A stretch of 64,000 nt of DNA, taken from positions 7,814,001 through 7,878,000 of the forward strand of contig NC_087252.1 of the NCBI RefSeq assembly GCF_037042905.1, given 5' to 3'. This document shows positions 41,229-54,299 of this stretch, piece after piece. Source of the DNA: Lytechinus pictus. Its lineage: Eukaryota. The position numbers were made by a program, and so were the translations under genes. Each line of letters opens with the position of its first letter. The first letter of the stretch is position 1. The notes beneath the pieces were generated by a model. That model was not told the origin of the DNA. It saw only the letters and a list, made by a program, of their open reading frames with translations, and searched no databases.

Positions 41229-42007
41229 CTGGTAAATTAATGTAAACTTGTATCTTTGTAAAATCATGAATTTTGATCTTAAAATCAATAATTCTGATGA
41301 TCACTAACACAGAAAAGCATATGTGGGACAGGACAGTGTATTGTGATTGATTTGAAAAATACCCAACATTTGATAGAATTACATGCTTATTTTGCTCATT
41401 TCTCAGCAATTACACATTTTCTTCCCGAGCTTTTTGGCACACATCTTTTATATATACATACACTTTGCTGGTAATTCTGTTGGATTTTGTTCGAACTCAT
41501 TTTAAGATAGTTACTACTAGAGGTGCGCTATGAACTTAAGGCAACTATGTAATGTAGGAAAAAATATACTGTATGTAAAAAAAAAAATACCTGAGTTGCA
41601 AAGTTTTCAGGATTTATGGAAGCTTGCATTTGGGTGAAAGAATCATGCATCAATAAGTCTGATGAAAATAGTTTGTGGAACTGTTGTATTACACTATCAC
41701 TTAGAAGGAAAAGACAGTAGTTGCAGCAAACAATTATTTCTTGAGAAAATCTATAAAATCAAAGTTAATTGTCATTATATTGTACATAATCTACATCTGG
41801 TACATTAATGTAAACTTGTATCTTTGTAAAATCATGAATTTTTAAACTTAAAATCGATAATTCTGATGATCGCTGTAAACACAGAAAAGCATATGTGGGA
41901 CAGTGTATTATAATCGATTAGAAAAATACCTGACATTTTATAGAATTACATGCTTATTTTGCTCATTTCTCAGCAATTACGCATTTTCTTCCCTACATGT
42001 AGCTACG

Positions 42008-42947
42008 TAGGCTTTTTATGTGAGCTGAGAGATTTCATACCAGAATTCCTTTGCTTGATAAAGTTCTTATGATAGTCTGTGTATCAGCATAGCATGTGTT
42101 CAGTGTTTTGAACCCACTGGAGATTGTGCATCATATCTTTATGTATGGAAGTCATTTTGCGTCTGCGGTCTCCATGGTTTTTTCAGGATCTATGTGTTGA
42201 CTAGACCAGTCCCATATTGATATTTTCGTGCTGTGTCACTTTGGAAGGCCGTCTCTAATTTGTTGACTGGTGAGTTGGCAGATGCACAGCCCATCCCACT
42301 TTTCAATTATATCATTACGTAATCTCTAACATGTCTAAGATATCCACCAGATCAAGAGGCCGCTTGCACTCGGCTAACGCATGTACACAATCCTCTGCTT
42401 CATCATTAACTGGATCTAAACAAAGCCCAGCATACCTAGATCATATTGATACAGTCGTTCAAAGAGCGGTGGCCGTGGCAATGGAACGCGAGAGACAAAA
42501 ACTCAATGATGACATGGATAAGCGTGAAAATAAATTGCGTGAAATTCTTGATGAAAAGCTCACTAGTCTACACGTTCTTGAAATATCTATCGATACTAAA
42601 TTGAAGCAACTCCGTGATTTTGAAAAATCGGTTTCTGATAACATGACTAACACCATAATGCTTTGTCAAATAGGCTTGACCACATCGAGCAGTACTCCTG
42701 TCGCAATAATATCTGTATCCGTATGAGATTGTTCGAAATGTAGCAAAGCAGATTGGTATCGATCTTACTCCATGTGACATTGATCGATCCCATCACCTTT
42801 GCCGACCAACTAGCAGTCATGATGTTCAACCCAAAGGATCATACCCCGGCGTGGCCCTGTAATGCCAACTTAGCAGCTCCACCAATCAATGTGAAATTCA
42901 CTTCATACAGGCCGAAACAAACGATGATGAAAAATAGAGGAAAATGA
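42008..42947 (+). mobile_element. Degenerate LINE 5' end / ORF1 remnant (coiled coil + RRM-type)
   Basis: ORF 42331 has a coiled-coil pattern; frameshifted continuation gives IEQYSCRNNICI, IGIDLTPCDIDRSHH and PINVKFTSYR, motifs typical of LINE ORF1. Confidence 0.7.
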
Positions 42948-44115
42948 AAATGCTCAGGAACAGATGACTGGGTGCAGGCAGGCAAGGCAGTTCAGGTGGG
43001 ATGAAAATTTATTGGCAGGACACCTTCCGTTTCAAATTACAGCATCTGCAAAAATAATAGAAGAGGAGAAACATAAAAACTTTTTCTACATAAACTATTT
43101 ATTAATCTTCATTAAAAACTAGATGGTTTCAATATTAATTTCCAATTTATTTTAAATGATTAAAAAACGATGTGGGGTTTGTTACATATTTTATACTTCA
43201 AATATTAACATGTTAAGTCAAGTCGGGGGGGGGGGGGCATGATGCCCTCAAGACCTTTAACCATCTCTGTATAAGGAAGGAAATTTTAGAATCAATTTAT
43301 TTGACACATAAAACATATTGTTTTTTTATAATTACAATTTTAATTCATGCCTTTTTTATGTGTTTTAAATGGTTATGGGGTAACCAGGACTGTCAGGACC
43401 GAGAATTCGAACTTCGAGGCTGAAATACAGCCATTCCCTATGCCTGATTTGGCTTAAATTCAGGTCAAGGATCAATTAATTATATATTTTGCAAAAAAAA
43501 TCTGACAAAGTTTGAGGTGGAATTAGTTTTCTGGCATCGCGAGATCGACCAATGCAAAATTTTATTAGCGCCAATTTACCATCTAAACTTGTCATTGAAA
43601 TTAGAACGTCCAAACCGATCTAGTACCAGTACTAGCACAATGAATCAATCAGCTATGCATGTGCACCAATTCTGTATTTCTTGCATACGTACGTCACTCG
43701 AGTTAACGTTCATGTCATTGCGTTATATAGCGTGGGAATTGTACGAAAGTGATCCTTCAAAATTTTTACCTTCCAACAATTAACATTTTTTAAGCCTTTG
43801 TATGCATTTAGAGTACAAAAGCTTACAAATTGGACAAATTAAATGTTTGCCCCAAAATTATTGTGGGAAGGGTGGATTTTCTAGGGAAATCCATCTTAGT
43901 GTACAAAGTTCTACAGGCAACAGAGACTTGTCTAGGCTCCGTGAATGAAAATACAATGAAAAAATATCACAGAGTCCTCGAAGTACAGTCAGGACCATTA
44001 ACAGATTATAAGGTGCCCCGAGTTTGTGCACACCCAAATCTGCGTGATTCTGATAATAGAGATTCCCAATGATCCCCCCCCCAAAAAAAGGCTTTACATC
44101 TGAAATAGCCTTCTA

Positions 44116-44305
44116 ACTTACCTACTGCCCGATGCCTCCTATCATGTAGGGCAGCAACGAAGGATCTCCACTCCTGGCATCCAGCGATTCTGGGCCTTCT
44201 TCTGGAAACTCCCCCAGGCCAGGTCATATTCACTGACTTCATCTCCTCCTCAACTCCTCATGTGTGACACCGAGACAGGTGGTTTTGTGTCTCCCTCTCT
44301 TTCTC
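44116..44305 (-). mobile_element. RTE-type LINE 3' end fragment
   Basis: Frameshifted RKRGRHKTT..EEEMKSVNMTW..QEWRSFVAALH followed by a gtaggtaagt tail. Confidence 0.68.
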
Positions 44306-44404
44306 CTGAAATGTCAAACAGATCTATTCATTAAAAATCTTACTCTAAATGGTGCTTTTGGTAGAAAAATAATGAATATAGGGCATTTCATGTGACGGCC
44401 TTAA

Positions 44405-45186
44405 CCCTTATTAAACTGGGGGGGGGGGTCAATTTGACCCCCCCCTCAACAAATTTCATCACTACGCTGTCGCGCAAAAATTTTTGATCGCGCCGCTCAC
44501 TGACTTTTTACTTTCAAGTCTCGCGCAAATTTTGAGACCAAATTTGTGACGCCCGGGTACGCGGTTACGACATTACGCAACATTATGTAAGTGCATGTCA
44601 GACCCAAAATTGCTCATAAACATGATTTCATGTACAAATCCAATGCAAATTGTGTATTTAGCCAAAATTCATAAATTTATCATTATTTCTACTTTTACTG
44701 ATTAAACTTAATTAATTTTGCCTTGTTTATGATTAGAATTAAGTCTAGAACGATTTCCATCGAAAATACAATAAAAAACAAAATGTAAAAAAACAAAGAA
44801 ATACATGAATTAAAAAATAAAAATAAAATACATAAGAAATCGGTCTTGGTACCAGATTTTTTTTCATTTACAATTGTTAGGAATGCTATAAAGAATATTT
44901 TCACCCAAAAAATAGCATTCTAGGAGCTTTATTTAGTGAATCAGAGCAAAAAGTATGATTTCATGAATAAATTAGCATAAATAATTAATTCATATAAAAT
45001 AAAAAAATATGAATTCAGTGAAATTTACCAATGCAACTACGTAGATTACGTCATTCTCTACCATCATGCAAATTTTCGTTGTGATCGTGCAATCCACGGC
45101 AGAGATCTTATAGGGGGGGGGGCAATAATACCCCCCCCCCCCCCCCGGGAATGACAAGAATCAAAATACCCCGGTAGATTTAGGAT
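44405..45186. mobile_element. piggyBac-like MITE
   Basis: TTAA|CCCT at the left end, degenerate AGGA.TTAA at the right end, subterminal G/C-run hairpins. Confidence 0.5.
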
Positions 45187-48072
45187 TTAAAAAATTGTCA
45201 GTACGGTATATCATCGAGAATCTACATTACATGTAGATCTGGTACAGTTACATAAACTGAACTTTGTGAAATCTTGAAATCTACACTGAAAAATGTTCAA
45301 ACTGAAGATCACCAACACAGATAAGAAGAGCACGTGGGACAGTTATTATTGCTCTGATTAATGTCGGCCCGACGCTTGCCTTGGCTCGAGTTGACCCGAA
45401 TCCTGTGCTTTTTTTGCTTATTTCGCAGCAATTACACAATTTCTTCCAGAATCCTTTGGCACATACGGTATATTATTTATAAATATAGACAGACACTTTG
45501 GTGGTCATTTCATTGGATTCTGTACGAACTCATTTTGATATCGTTACCACAACTGGCATTTACCTTAAGTTAAAGTGTGCACTGTGTCTGTGCAGACTTG
45601 GGCCCTGAGCCCACCAGCGCAGTCTGTCCTATTCAGCATGCCGGCGCTCGGGGCAGCCACCCCGGCCGGGCAGTGTCAGTGCACGAAATCTAAAGCCAAA
45701 GGCAAGCCGCGCTCCGAAAAGAAAATATTAGAAGATGGTTATCTAACTTACTGTTTGGTCTCCTGCGAATGCCTTCGAGTCGTTATCCAAATCTGAACCG
45801 TGTTCTTAAAGTAGTAGAACTATTATTAACGGCCATCTTCGTCGCACTTAATTCTCGATCCAAAATTAGGCTGCAACATTTAACGGCGAAAAACGGGCGC
45901 ATTCCTTTTTCAAATTAAATGGTTGCGACTACAGCGCCAGTTGCATATGTTGCATGCAGTGCAGCGCGCATGCGCAGGCTCGACGCCCGACGGCGAATTA
46001 ATTCTGCGGATCATGAATTATTTATAGGGGGTGTGCCCGGGGGGCGTGCATGGGGGGGGGGGGTGAGCTAACTAGATAGGGGGTTTGCATGACACCGGGG
46101 CATGACACCACTTGCCAAAAAAAAAGTTTTAAAATAGATACAAACTTCTTTGACATATAAAGCTTCCTCTTAATTGTTTGGTTTGGTTGGCAACCAGTTA
46201 AGAAATGATTATTTTTGCCACTGCTTTTGAAATTTTTTTTCTTTGAAGAATTATATACTTAACCTAAAATAAAAAAAAATCTGTACTATTTTCTTTTAGT
46301 TTTACTTTTCCTTTTATAAGTAGAAATAGCCTTGCTAACATGGCAAGGTTGAAAAAATGGCAAAATAGTATGTGGCTTTGAAATTAAACTTGTAAATTTC
46401 CTCGTCGTTGATTGGTAAAATTTGATGTCATAATCACGTCGTAATGTGGTCATATGAAAACGCAAATTTCTTTGTCGTTGTTTGGTAAATAAATGATGTC
46501 ATAATCACGTCATAATGTGGTCATATAAAAATGCAAATTCATTTGTTGCAGATTGGTCGATAAATGACGTCGTAATCACGTAATAATCTGGTCATATAAG
46601 AAAGCAAATTTACTTGTCGTAAATTGGTCAGTAAATGACGTCGTAATCACGTCATAATCTGGTCATATAAGCGAGCAAATTTACTTGTCTTAAATTGGTC
46701 AGTAATTAAATGACGTCGAAATCACGTCATAATCTGGTCAAATAAAAATGCAAATGAAAGTTGCCATTCTAAGTCGTCAAAATGACGTCGTAAGAACGTC
46801 ATAAATACGACGACATGACGAGTATTACCACTTTACGATCAGTTAATGACGTCATTACGACCGTGTCTGCTATCAGGGATGATGTAAGTGAATTCATTGG
46901 ATTAGATAAATTTGACTGTAGAGGATATCGAATTAGTGACGTATTCAGAGTATAAGGAGATTGAAAAATGGAAATTATACAATGGGTAAATAATTAGAAT
47001 AAAGTTTTATATACAGAGAGTTTTATATACCTATTTCGTTTACTGAAACATTATAGATAGTCGCTGATTATTCGAATTCAGTAACAATAAAAAAATCACA
47101 TTTCAACGCATACGCGTTGGAAAGAGAAGAGTAAAGGTAGAAAGAACGGGGACCTATAATGGTTATATTGTATTTTTTTCCTCTCAAAATGAAATTGGTT
47201 CATGGGTAGCGTGAATGACCAAACAATTTTGAATGGCCTGATAATGGCACTTGTATAGTTATGAAAAGCGAAAGCCTAGCCTCATAAAAAAATGCAATTT
47301 TAAATGTAAAAATATTATTTTGTGATAGATTTTGATAATTTCACCTACTATAGTCTCGTTCGTTTGGGCCCTTCGGGTCGTGAACATTTTAGGGGTCCTT
47401 GCAGGCCCTTCACTTTTTTTTTTTTTTTTAACAATACTTAAAGTTAAAAGATAGATTGAAACTTCAACGTACGGTTTCGATGCAGATAAAACTTATAGGG
47501 CGAGCCCTTTTTCACATAAGTAAGACCCTCAAAGAATAACAACATGCAGTGAAAGGGGGGAAATGGAGAGAAAAAAAGAAAAAGAAGACGGGAAGAAAAA
47601 AAAGATGAAGATCGAAGAAAAAAAAGATGAAGATCGAAGAAATTAGGGGGTCGAAAAGGAAATAAAAGTACAGAAAGGGATAGGGAAACGAGGTGAGACA
47701 ACAAACAATGGAGAAGAATAAGTAGTCAAAAATTAATAAAAAGAAAAGCAGTGAGAAAAAGAAGAAAATATCAGCAGTTTAGCGCCAAAATAAATTTTAC
47801 CTTCCAGCTAGAGACAACATATATGATTGGAATACATCTCTTCCCTTACGTTTGGCATGTCATATCTAAAGTCGTGAGATTTCTTTCATCTGATTATGTT
47901 TTTTAAATGGCAAAATATTAAATTCATAATACTTCAGTGAAAGAAAAAAAACTAATATTATATGACTTATAAATATTTTTTCATTTTTTTTACAATTTTT
48001 TTTATTGATACACTTTTTTAAAAGTATTTTATCACAGTGATAGATCGAGGTTGACATTGCTCGCTTGCCAAA

Positions 48073-48116
48073 ATGGCTGAATATCTTGCATCCATTTTTG
48101 GCACCGAAAAGGACAA
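48073..48116 (+). CDS. U2AF1: U2AF small subunit (U2AF35), coding exon 1
   Basis: MAEYLASIFGTEKDK, the conserved U2AF35 N-terminus; gtaagt donor. Confidence 0.96.
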
Positions 48117-48409
48117 GTAAGTATCAAGTTTAACCGCTTTCTTGGGTTCTAATGGTTTAAGTGAGTGGTTGATATGTGAAGAGTGGTTTTTGTCATTATT
48201 TATATGTTTTTTTTTCAAAAGATTCAGTGTGACCTGAGCAATCTTGGTGAATAATTTCACGCAAAGCCAAAGGCAAAGCCAAAGCAAAGCCGTCATTTTT
48301 TTTTTTGCGTCAATCGACGACGCGGGGCCGCGCACGGTGCCTCGTGTGTGAGCCGAAGGCCAGCGCCAGGCCAGCTTCATGCAGCTGTAGTATGCCGCAG
48401 AACAACATA

Positions 48410-49950
48410 GACCATGGCATTGCGGTGCTAGTGCTAATGCAGTTTCGCACCGGCCGATTACCAGCCTACCTTATCTTTATCACCAATACTTGACTGTGAC
48501 TGCTTGATCATGATCATGTTGATCCCAAATGTCAATTGTCATGACAAGTCTCTCTCTCTCTCTTAGGCTTAGCTGATCCCTCCACTATTTGGAGATTCCT
48601 AGGGTCCAAGGTAAACAGATATGTTCCATATACGCTGTCATTCTGGTTTAGGAGGTTTGAACCATGTCAGTACGGAATACATCAATTTTGTGGAGGAAAA
48701 AGAGAGATAATAGGAGTAAACTATTGTGTAGTTCCTTGGGCAAACAAGAGTGAAATGGTATAAGGGTGGCCTGAGTAAAGTCCTGTGGGTTGGCATTGAC
48801 ATATAGATCGACACATGTTGGGAAGTCCACAAGGCAGTCCTTGACTTTGCCAATAAACACTTGACGGAGATGGTCTAGCTTGGGACACTGCCCAGTAAAA
48901 TGTTCCACAGTCTCGTCGGTAGATTTGCATAGAGGGCAAGTGCGGCTGGTTGATTTCTTCAGCGTGAAGAGACGACACTGTGTTAAGTAGGTGGCTGTAA
49001 GGAGTTGAGCTCTCACCACAAATGCTCTTCGTAAGACAGGAGAGAGTACACTTTTCGGGTACAGGAGTTTGGCAGAAGGAGGTATACAGTCTTGCCAGTA
49101 CTTAAGAGATGGCTTGGAAAGGATTCCTTGACATGTGTTGTGTTTGGTCAGCAGGTTCACTTTGTAATTGACCAATCTCTTCCAAGATGAGTATACAGGA
49201 GGATTCGATAGAAGGCTGTGAAGATCAGGAAGATCATACTTCTTTGTTATCTCCTGCAGGAGCCGTATTGTTGGAGCGCCTAAGTTGAGGGCTTCTAAGA
49301 ATGTTCTAAACTCAAAGCGTGTGTGATCGAGGTTGACGAGTTGGCCTAGAAGCAGCAGTTTCCTGAGATCTATCTGTGATGAGACTGGAAGGAGGTCAGT
49401 GAGGATACTGGTCTCTCACACTCACTTCTCAGTCACAATTCGAGGTCAATTTACCCACCTCTTTTCCAAATATCGCGATCGGGAACTGCTGAGTGCTGTA
49501 TTTCATTTTCAGCTTTGATGATTGATCTCAATGTCATTGTTCGAATCCTCAGACATCACTTCGCGGATCGCTTGGATTGGCCGTGCGCCGTAATGTTGAT
49601 ATGGACTGAAGTTAGCAACCAAATTATGCGAACATGTGGCGAACAAACTGCCAGCATGCTGCAAGCGAATCTTTTGATCGCATAACTTCAGTCCATGGAT
49701 ATCAACATTACGGCGCACGGCGAATCTAAGCAATCCGTGAAGTGATGTCTGAGGATTCGAACAACGACCTCGAGATCAAAGCTGAAATACAGCCGTTCCC
49801 GATCGCGATATTTGGAAAAGAGGTGGGTATATTGACCTCGAAATGTGACTGAGAGACTTGTCATGACATTTGGGAACAAGTATTGGTGATGAGGTATGCT
49901 GGTTATCGGCCGGTGCGAAACTGCATTAGCGCCGGCATTGCCATTGTCTG
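48410..49950. mobile_element. Degenerate foldback element interrupted by the LINE
   Basis: 48410-48556 plus 49427-49615 are the reverse complement of 49680-49950 (e.g. gctaatgcagtttcgcaccggccgat / atcggccggtgcgaaactgcattagc). Confidence 0.72.
48555..49410 (-). mobile_element. 5'-truncated non-LTR retrotransposon (ORF2 C-terminus with CCHC zinc finger)
   Basis: Stop-free frame from ~49409 to 48648 including TCPLCKSTDETVEHFTGQC; short 3'UTR ending in (GA)n; GTCTCTC at both junctions. Confidence 0.82.
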
Positions 49951-49962
49951 ATTGTACTAGTA

Positions 49963-50618
49963 TACCTCGCTCGAGCGATGTTCGTGCAGGTTCCACTTCA
50001 CTACCGCTACACTACGCTCCACCTACCCGAACATCGAGACGGTGAACCAGTTCGGATATACCGAGTCACAAAGGACGGTCGGATGGAAATCATGTTTATC
50101 GTAAGAATTAAAGAAAAGAAATATAATGAGAAAGATGAATAACTTAATATCTTACTCTACACCCGTATTTCACTCCGCTTCCATCCGGTTATCCTCAAAA
50201 TTGGTGATTTTGGGCCAGTATCTTTTTCCTCACACGTATTATTCACGACCGATTAAAAAAAATCGCATGCAATCGCGATCGGTCGCAGGTCAAACCGATC
50301 GCGATCGATCGCATGCGATGTTTTGAAATCGGCTATGAATAATACGTGTGAGGAAAAAGATACTGGCCCAAAATCACCAATTTTGAGGATAACTGGAGGA
50401 TGGAAGCAGAGTGAAATATGGGTGTAGAGTAAGGTATTAAGTTATTCATCTTTCTCGTTATATTTTTTTTCTTTAATTTTTACGATAAACATGATTTCCA
50501 TCCCACCTTTGTGACTCGGTATATCCGAACTGGTTCACCGTCTCGATGTTCGGGTAGGTGGAGCGTAGTGTAGCGGTAGTGAAGTGGAGTGGAGCCTGCA
50601 CGAACATCGCTCGAGGTA
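49963..50618. mobile_element. Palindromic (foldback) element, ~320-bp arms
   Basis: Arms are reverse complements with the centre near 50287. Confidence 0.8.
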
Positions 50619-53600
50619 ATTGTAGTAGAGCTGAAGGCCTGGGCAAGCATTGCAGTGAATCTGTGTGATGTTTGTGTGTGTGTGACTGTGTACACTGTAC
50701 GTAAGTGCTGTGCGAGCATGGCTAGCGCGATAAATCATAAAATATGACGATCAACAGACGTCAGACAACGACAAATGGTAGATCTTGCGCTTTTTTTAAT
50801 TTCAAAATTCCAGTCCAGAAAGGAAAGCCAATGTTACTGTTAGTACACAGTCCCAATCACCAATGTCCAACTCCAGAAACCATAAGAAAATCAAACTTTT
50901 GCTGTATTAAATTTAAAAAATGCTGATATGCACCATTTAAAAAAATTTTCCAGTGAGTCAATGGGCTCTGGGCCGCCGTGGTTTGCTCACCTCAGCCTCG
51001 CGATCGCTTCGGCCTATCAAAACCAAAGGAAACGCTGCATGGTTTCTGGCTGAGCGACAGCAGGTCAGCCGAAAAAATTCTTGAAAGTTGTGTTTACTAT
51101 ACTACTGGCTTTATGTGTACTAAAACCAACATGGTGGCGTAACCTTCGGCAAATTTTCCCCCGTGACAGCAATAGAATGACAAGATTTTAGAAGTGTCCT
51201 TATTCTCAGGTACATGCATGAGATGATGAAGAAAGAACTGTTGTGTATTGTACAGGAGCAGTTGTGAATCAAGAATTGGGAGGGCAGTACATGATTTTTC
51301 AATGTTTTATTTTGTCCAGCGATCATTTCACCCTTTTTATTACCCCCCAAAAAATGTTGGATGGTCTCTTTATGATATGGAATACAGAGGTGCCTTTTTT
51401 CTATCTTGTCCAGTGACCTCAGTAACCTGTGGAATTTCCCAAATCTATTGAATAATTTTGGTATAACTATAAGACTGTGAAGATGAATGCATGGGAAATT
51501 GGTTTGAATCTAAAAAGTGAACTCACAGATTTTTCACATTTATTTTAACAATATAGTTCCAAAACTTGTAGGTTTAAAATTACAAATGTCTGAACGGTTA
51601 AAGCATCAGTATTTAGTCTCGATCTCAGAAAGATGCTGTATGATGTTTTAAGAAAAACTGAATAATATCATTTTCGCTTTTGAACTGTTTTTTGAATGAG
51701 TCATTTATAAAAACAATATTTCATAGTTTGATGTACTTATTGGGTATATGAAATTTATTGGGAATCTTTCCTTCACAGAGCTACCTTTTCGGCTTATATC
51801 TTCATGTACTGTGCTCATCTCTATTTTTTTTCTTCTCTGATTTGATATGTTATCAGACACTATTTTGTCTGGCATACATGTAGATACAGAAAACAATGTG
51901 AAAAATATCATTTTATTTAATTTCACCTCCCCCATCAGTAGGAATTTTGCAATGTAAAGTGTAAAGTATTTCTTCTTCTTTATTACTATTGTAGTATTAA
52001 ACAAGTTATTTGAACTTTTCATTCCAAATCAACCTATAGCTCTGATCCTGTTTTTTTTTTTTTAACAGAGTAATTCATCGATTTTGCAATTATTTATTTT
52101 AGGTTAGATATTATAGCACACCAAGTGGGTTTTTTGTTTTTTTGTTTCAAGAATCAAGAAGCTATTTACTGTGTGGACAAGCATGTGTAGCAATTTAATT
52201 TTTTTTTTCAATTAAAGGACAACAAATTCTGCAGGATATTTCATTTACAGAATTAGGTTTTGCATTGGCAACAGGCAACCATGTACAATGCGAGTCATGC
52301 GACTTTCCCCTTACGGAAACTTTTCCCCCCAGTTTGCATTCCATAGACTTTAGAAGAGCCAGTCTTATTTCCTACAGAGTTGCATTTTCTTTTAGGTACA
52401 TAGGTAATGAGGTGGCAGTCATAATGCATGGTCATTTTCCTTATTTTCAGCTTATAGCACAGGGGATGACAAATATTGCACACTCTGTTTTATCAGTAGC
52501 ATATTTTTTTTTGCAGCAGTCAATTTTCTTCCATTATAGGATTATAGTAGGGTATGGTGCTGTATCCTTTTCTTTCTTTATTTTCTTTCCATATAGCAAT
52601 TTTATTAGCACAAGACACGGGACAAGTACGGATAAATCTAGAATTTCTTTCCTAGCTTTTACTTGTAGAAAAATAAAAATCTGCTCCGTAACTCAATTGG
52701 AAATTATTTTGTTACAGATTTAAATACTGCTAATCCGGTTTTTACAGATCTATGATAAAGATATTTAATTTCTACATTTGTTCTACTTTTTTTTCCTAAA
52801 GCAACTTAAGCAAGTAAAACACTGTACAGGAATTGATTCATTTTTATAGAATTGATGAGAATGGTGCAATTTCTCCCCTCTAGCATTTCTAGCGAAGACA
52901 CGGACAGACTTTAATTTTACCCAAACAGAAACTATAACAGTCTTGTCTTGTTCTGATCTCTTGTGCTTTAGACTATTGAAACCCCCATCTCTGCGCTTGC
53001 AATGGGAATCGTTCATTTTGCACCACAAGGTAACAACATATGAAAATTATTGATACCTGGGTATGCATTACATGTAAGAATGGCTTGAATCGAAAGTAAG
53101 GTAGCCGGAATAATGAATTCCTATTTTGATGCAAAATATTACGAAGCATGTTGTTCATGAAGTTAATAGTTACACTCTCAAAATAAAGTTGTTAACAACA
53201 AAATAATAATTGGTACATGGAATGTGTTAAATGGAAGAATGGCTCGAATTGAATGCAATGCACAGTAGCTGTAAAAAAAAAAATCAAACAAAATTTACGA
53301 ATCTATTAAATTTCTGCTGGGCTAGTTTGCACTTTACAGGAACAACAAATAAGTTATTGATACTTAGTGTGGAATTCTGTAATAATAGCTCAAATCAAAG
53401 TTAGTTAGCTGTAGTTATAGGTACCGGTAATTCTATATTAGAAAATAGTAATACCAATATTTGGACAAAGTGTTGTAATTAAAGAAACATGTACATGTAG
53501 GCAGCTATATGTTCTAGATGGAAAACGAAATACAGATCTTGACTTTTTTTCCTTAGCTTGTTTTGGGTTATTTTTTGTATTAGAACAATATGCATTCAGC

Positions 53601-54299
53601 AATTTCAGCATAATGTTGGCCATTTCATGTGGTGTATTAAACATACTTCTAGGCATCAGATTATCGAAAATGCATGCAATTTACATGTACCAGTAAGTGC
53701 ATGGTGAAATAATCATGAGGGGCTCTGATCGAGTATTTCAACATCCTTTCCAAAGTACACTGAAGAGATGTGGTTATCCAATACAGCTCTAATCTTAAGT
53801 TAGCTTGTCGTACTACATAGCACTCATTATTTTTCGCTGTAAAACTCAAAAGAGTCCAGCTTGTCCAATTGATAGACACCTAAGTACTGTACAGTCTGAC
53901 CCTGTTAGTCCACCCTTTATTTATCTTTACAATATCGGTTTTAGCTAGCTTAATCTCTGCCAACTCAAATGAACAGAAAAAAAGAGCCAGAAATGTTTAT
54001 AATTTCAGTCTCATTTAATCTTATTTTTTAAATTTCATACAAACTGATTTGCATATCGATCTGCTAGTAATTATTTCAAAAGGACATGAATTCAATACAT
54101 GCAGGCTCAATATGAGATTATGAGGGTTGCCAGACAAATAATTTTTTTTTTTTTTTGTGGGGGGTTCTTTTTATTTATGCTTCCATAAATTTTCTCTAGT
54201 TAAATATAGTCCAAGAATTAACAACAACCATTGTGATTTGTATTGATGCTAAATTCCCCACATTTTTTTGTGAAATAGGCTTTTGCGCATTCCATATAC

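Larger units (their letters stand above)
39550..46878. mobile_element. 7.3-kb non-autonomous CACTA/EnSpm-like element with GACGTC-rich subterminal repeats
   Basis: Termini CCCTGATAGCAGA...TCTGCTATCAGGG (13 bp perfect, similarity extends to ~33 bp); AT on both flanks (2-bp TSD); subterminal repeat arrays at 39570-40130 and 46390-46860. Confidence 0.72.

Noticed and set aside
42331..42726. 131-aa coiled-coil ORF as a host gene
   Set aside because: Continues through frameshifts into LINE ORF1 motifs; interpreted as a decayed retrotransposon
51200..51300. Possible poison exon or C/D snoRNA in U2AF1 intron 1 (ttctcag acceptor, ATGATGA)
   Set aside because: No convincing donor site, and no D box with terminal stem at a suitable distance
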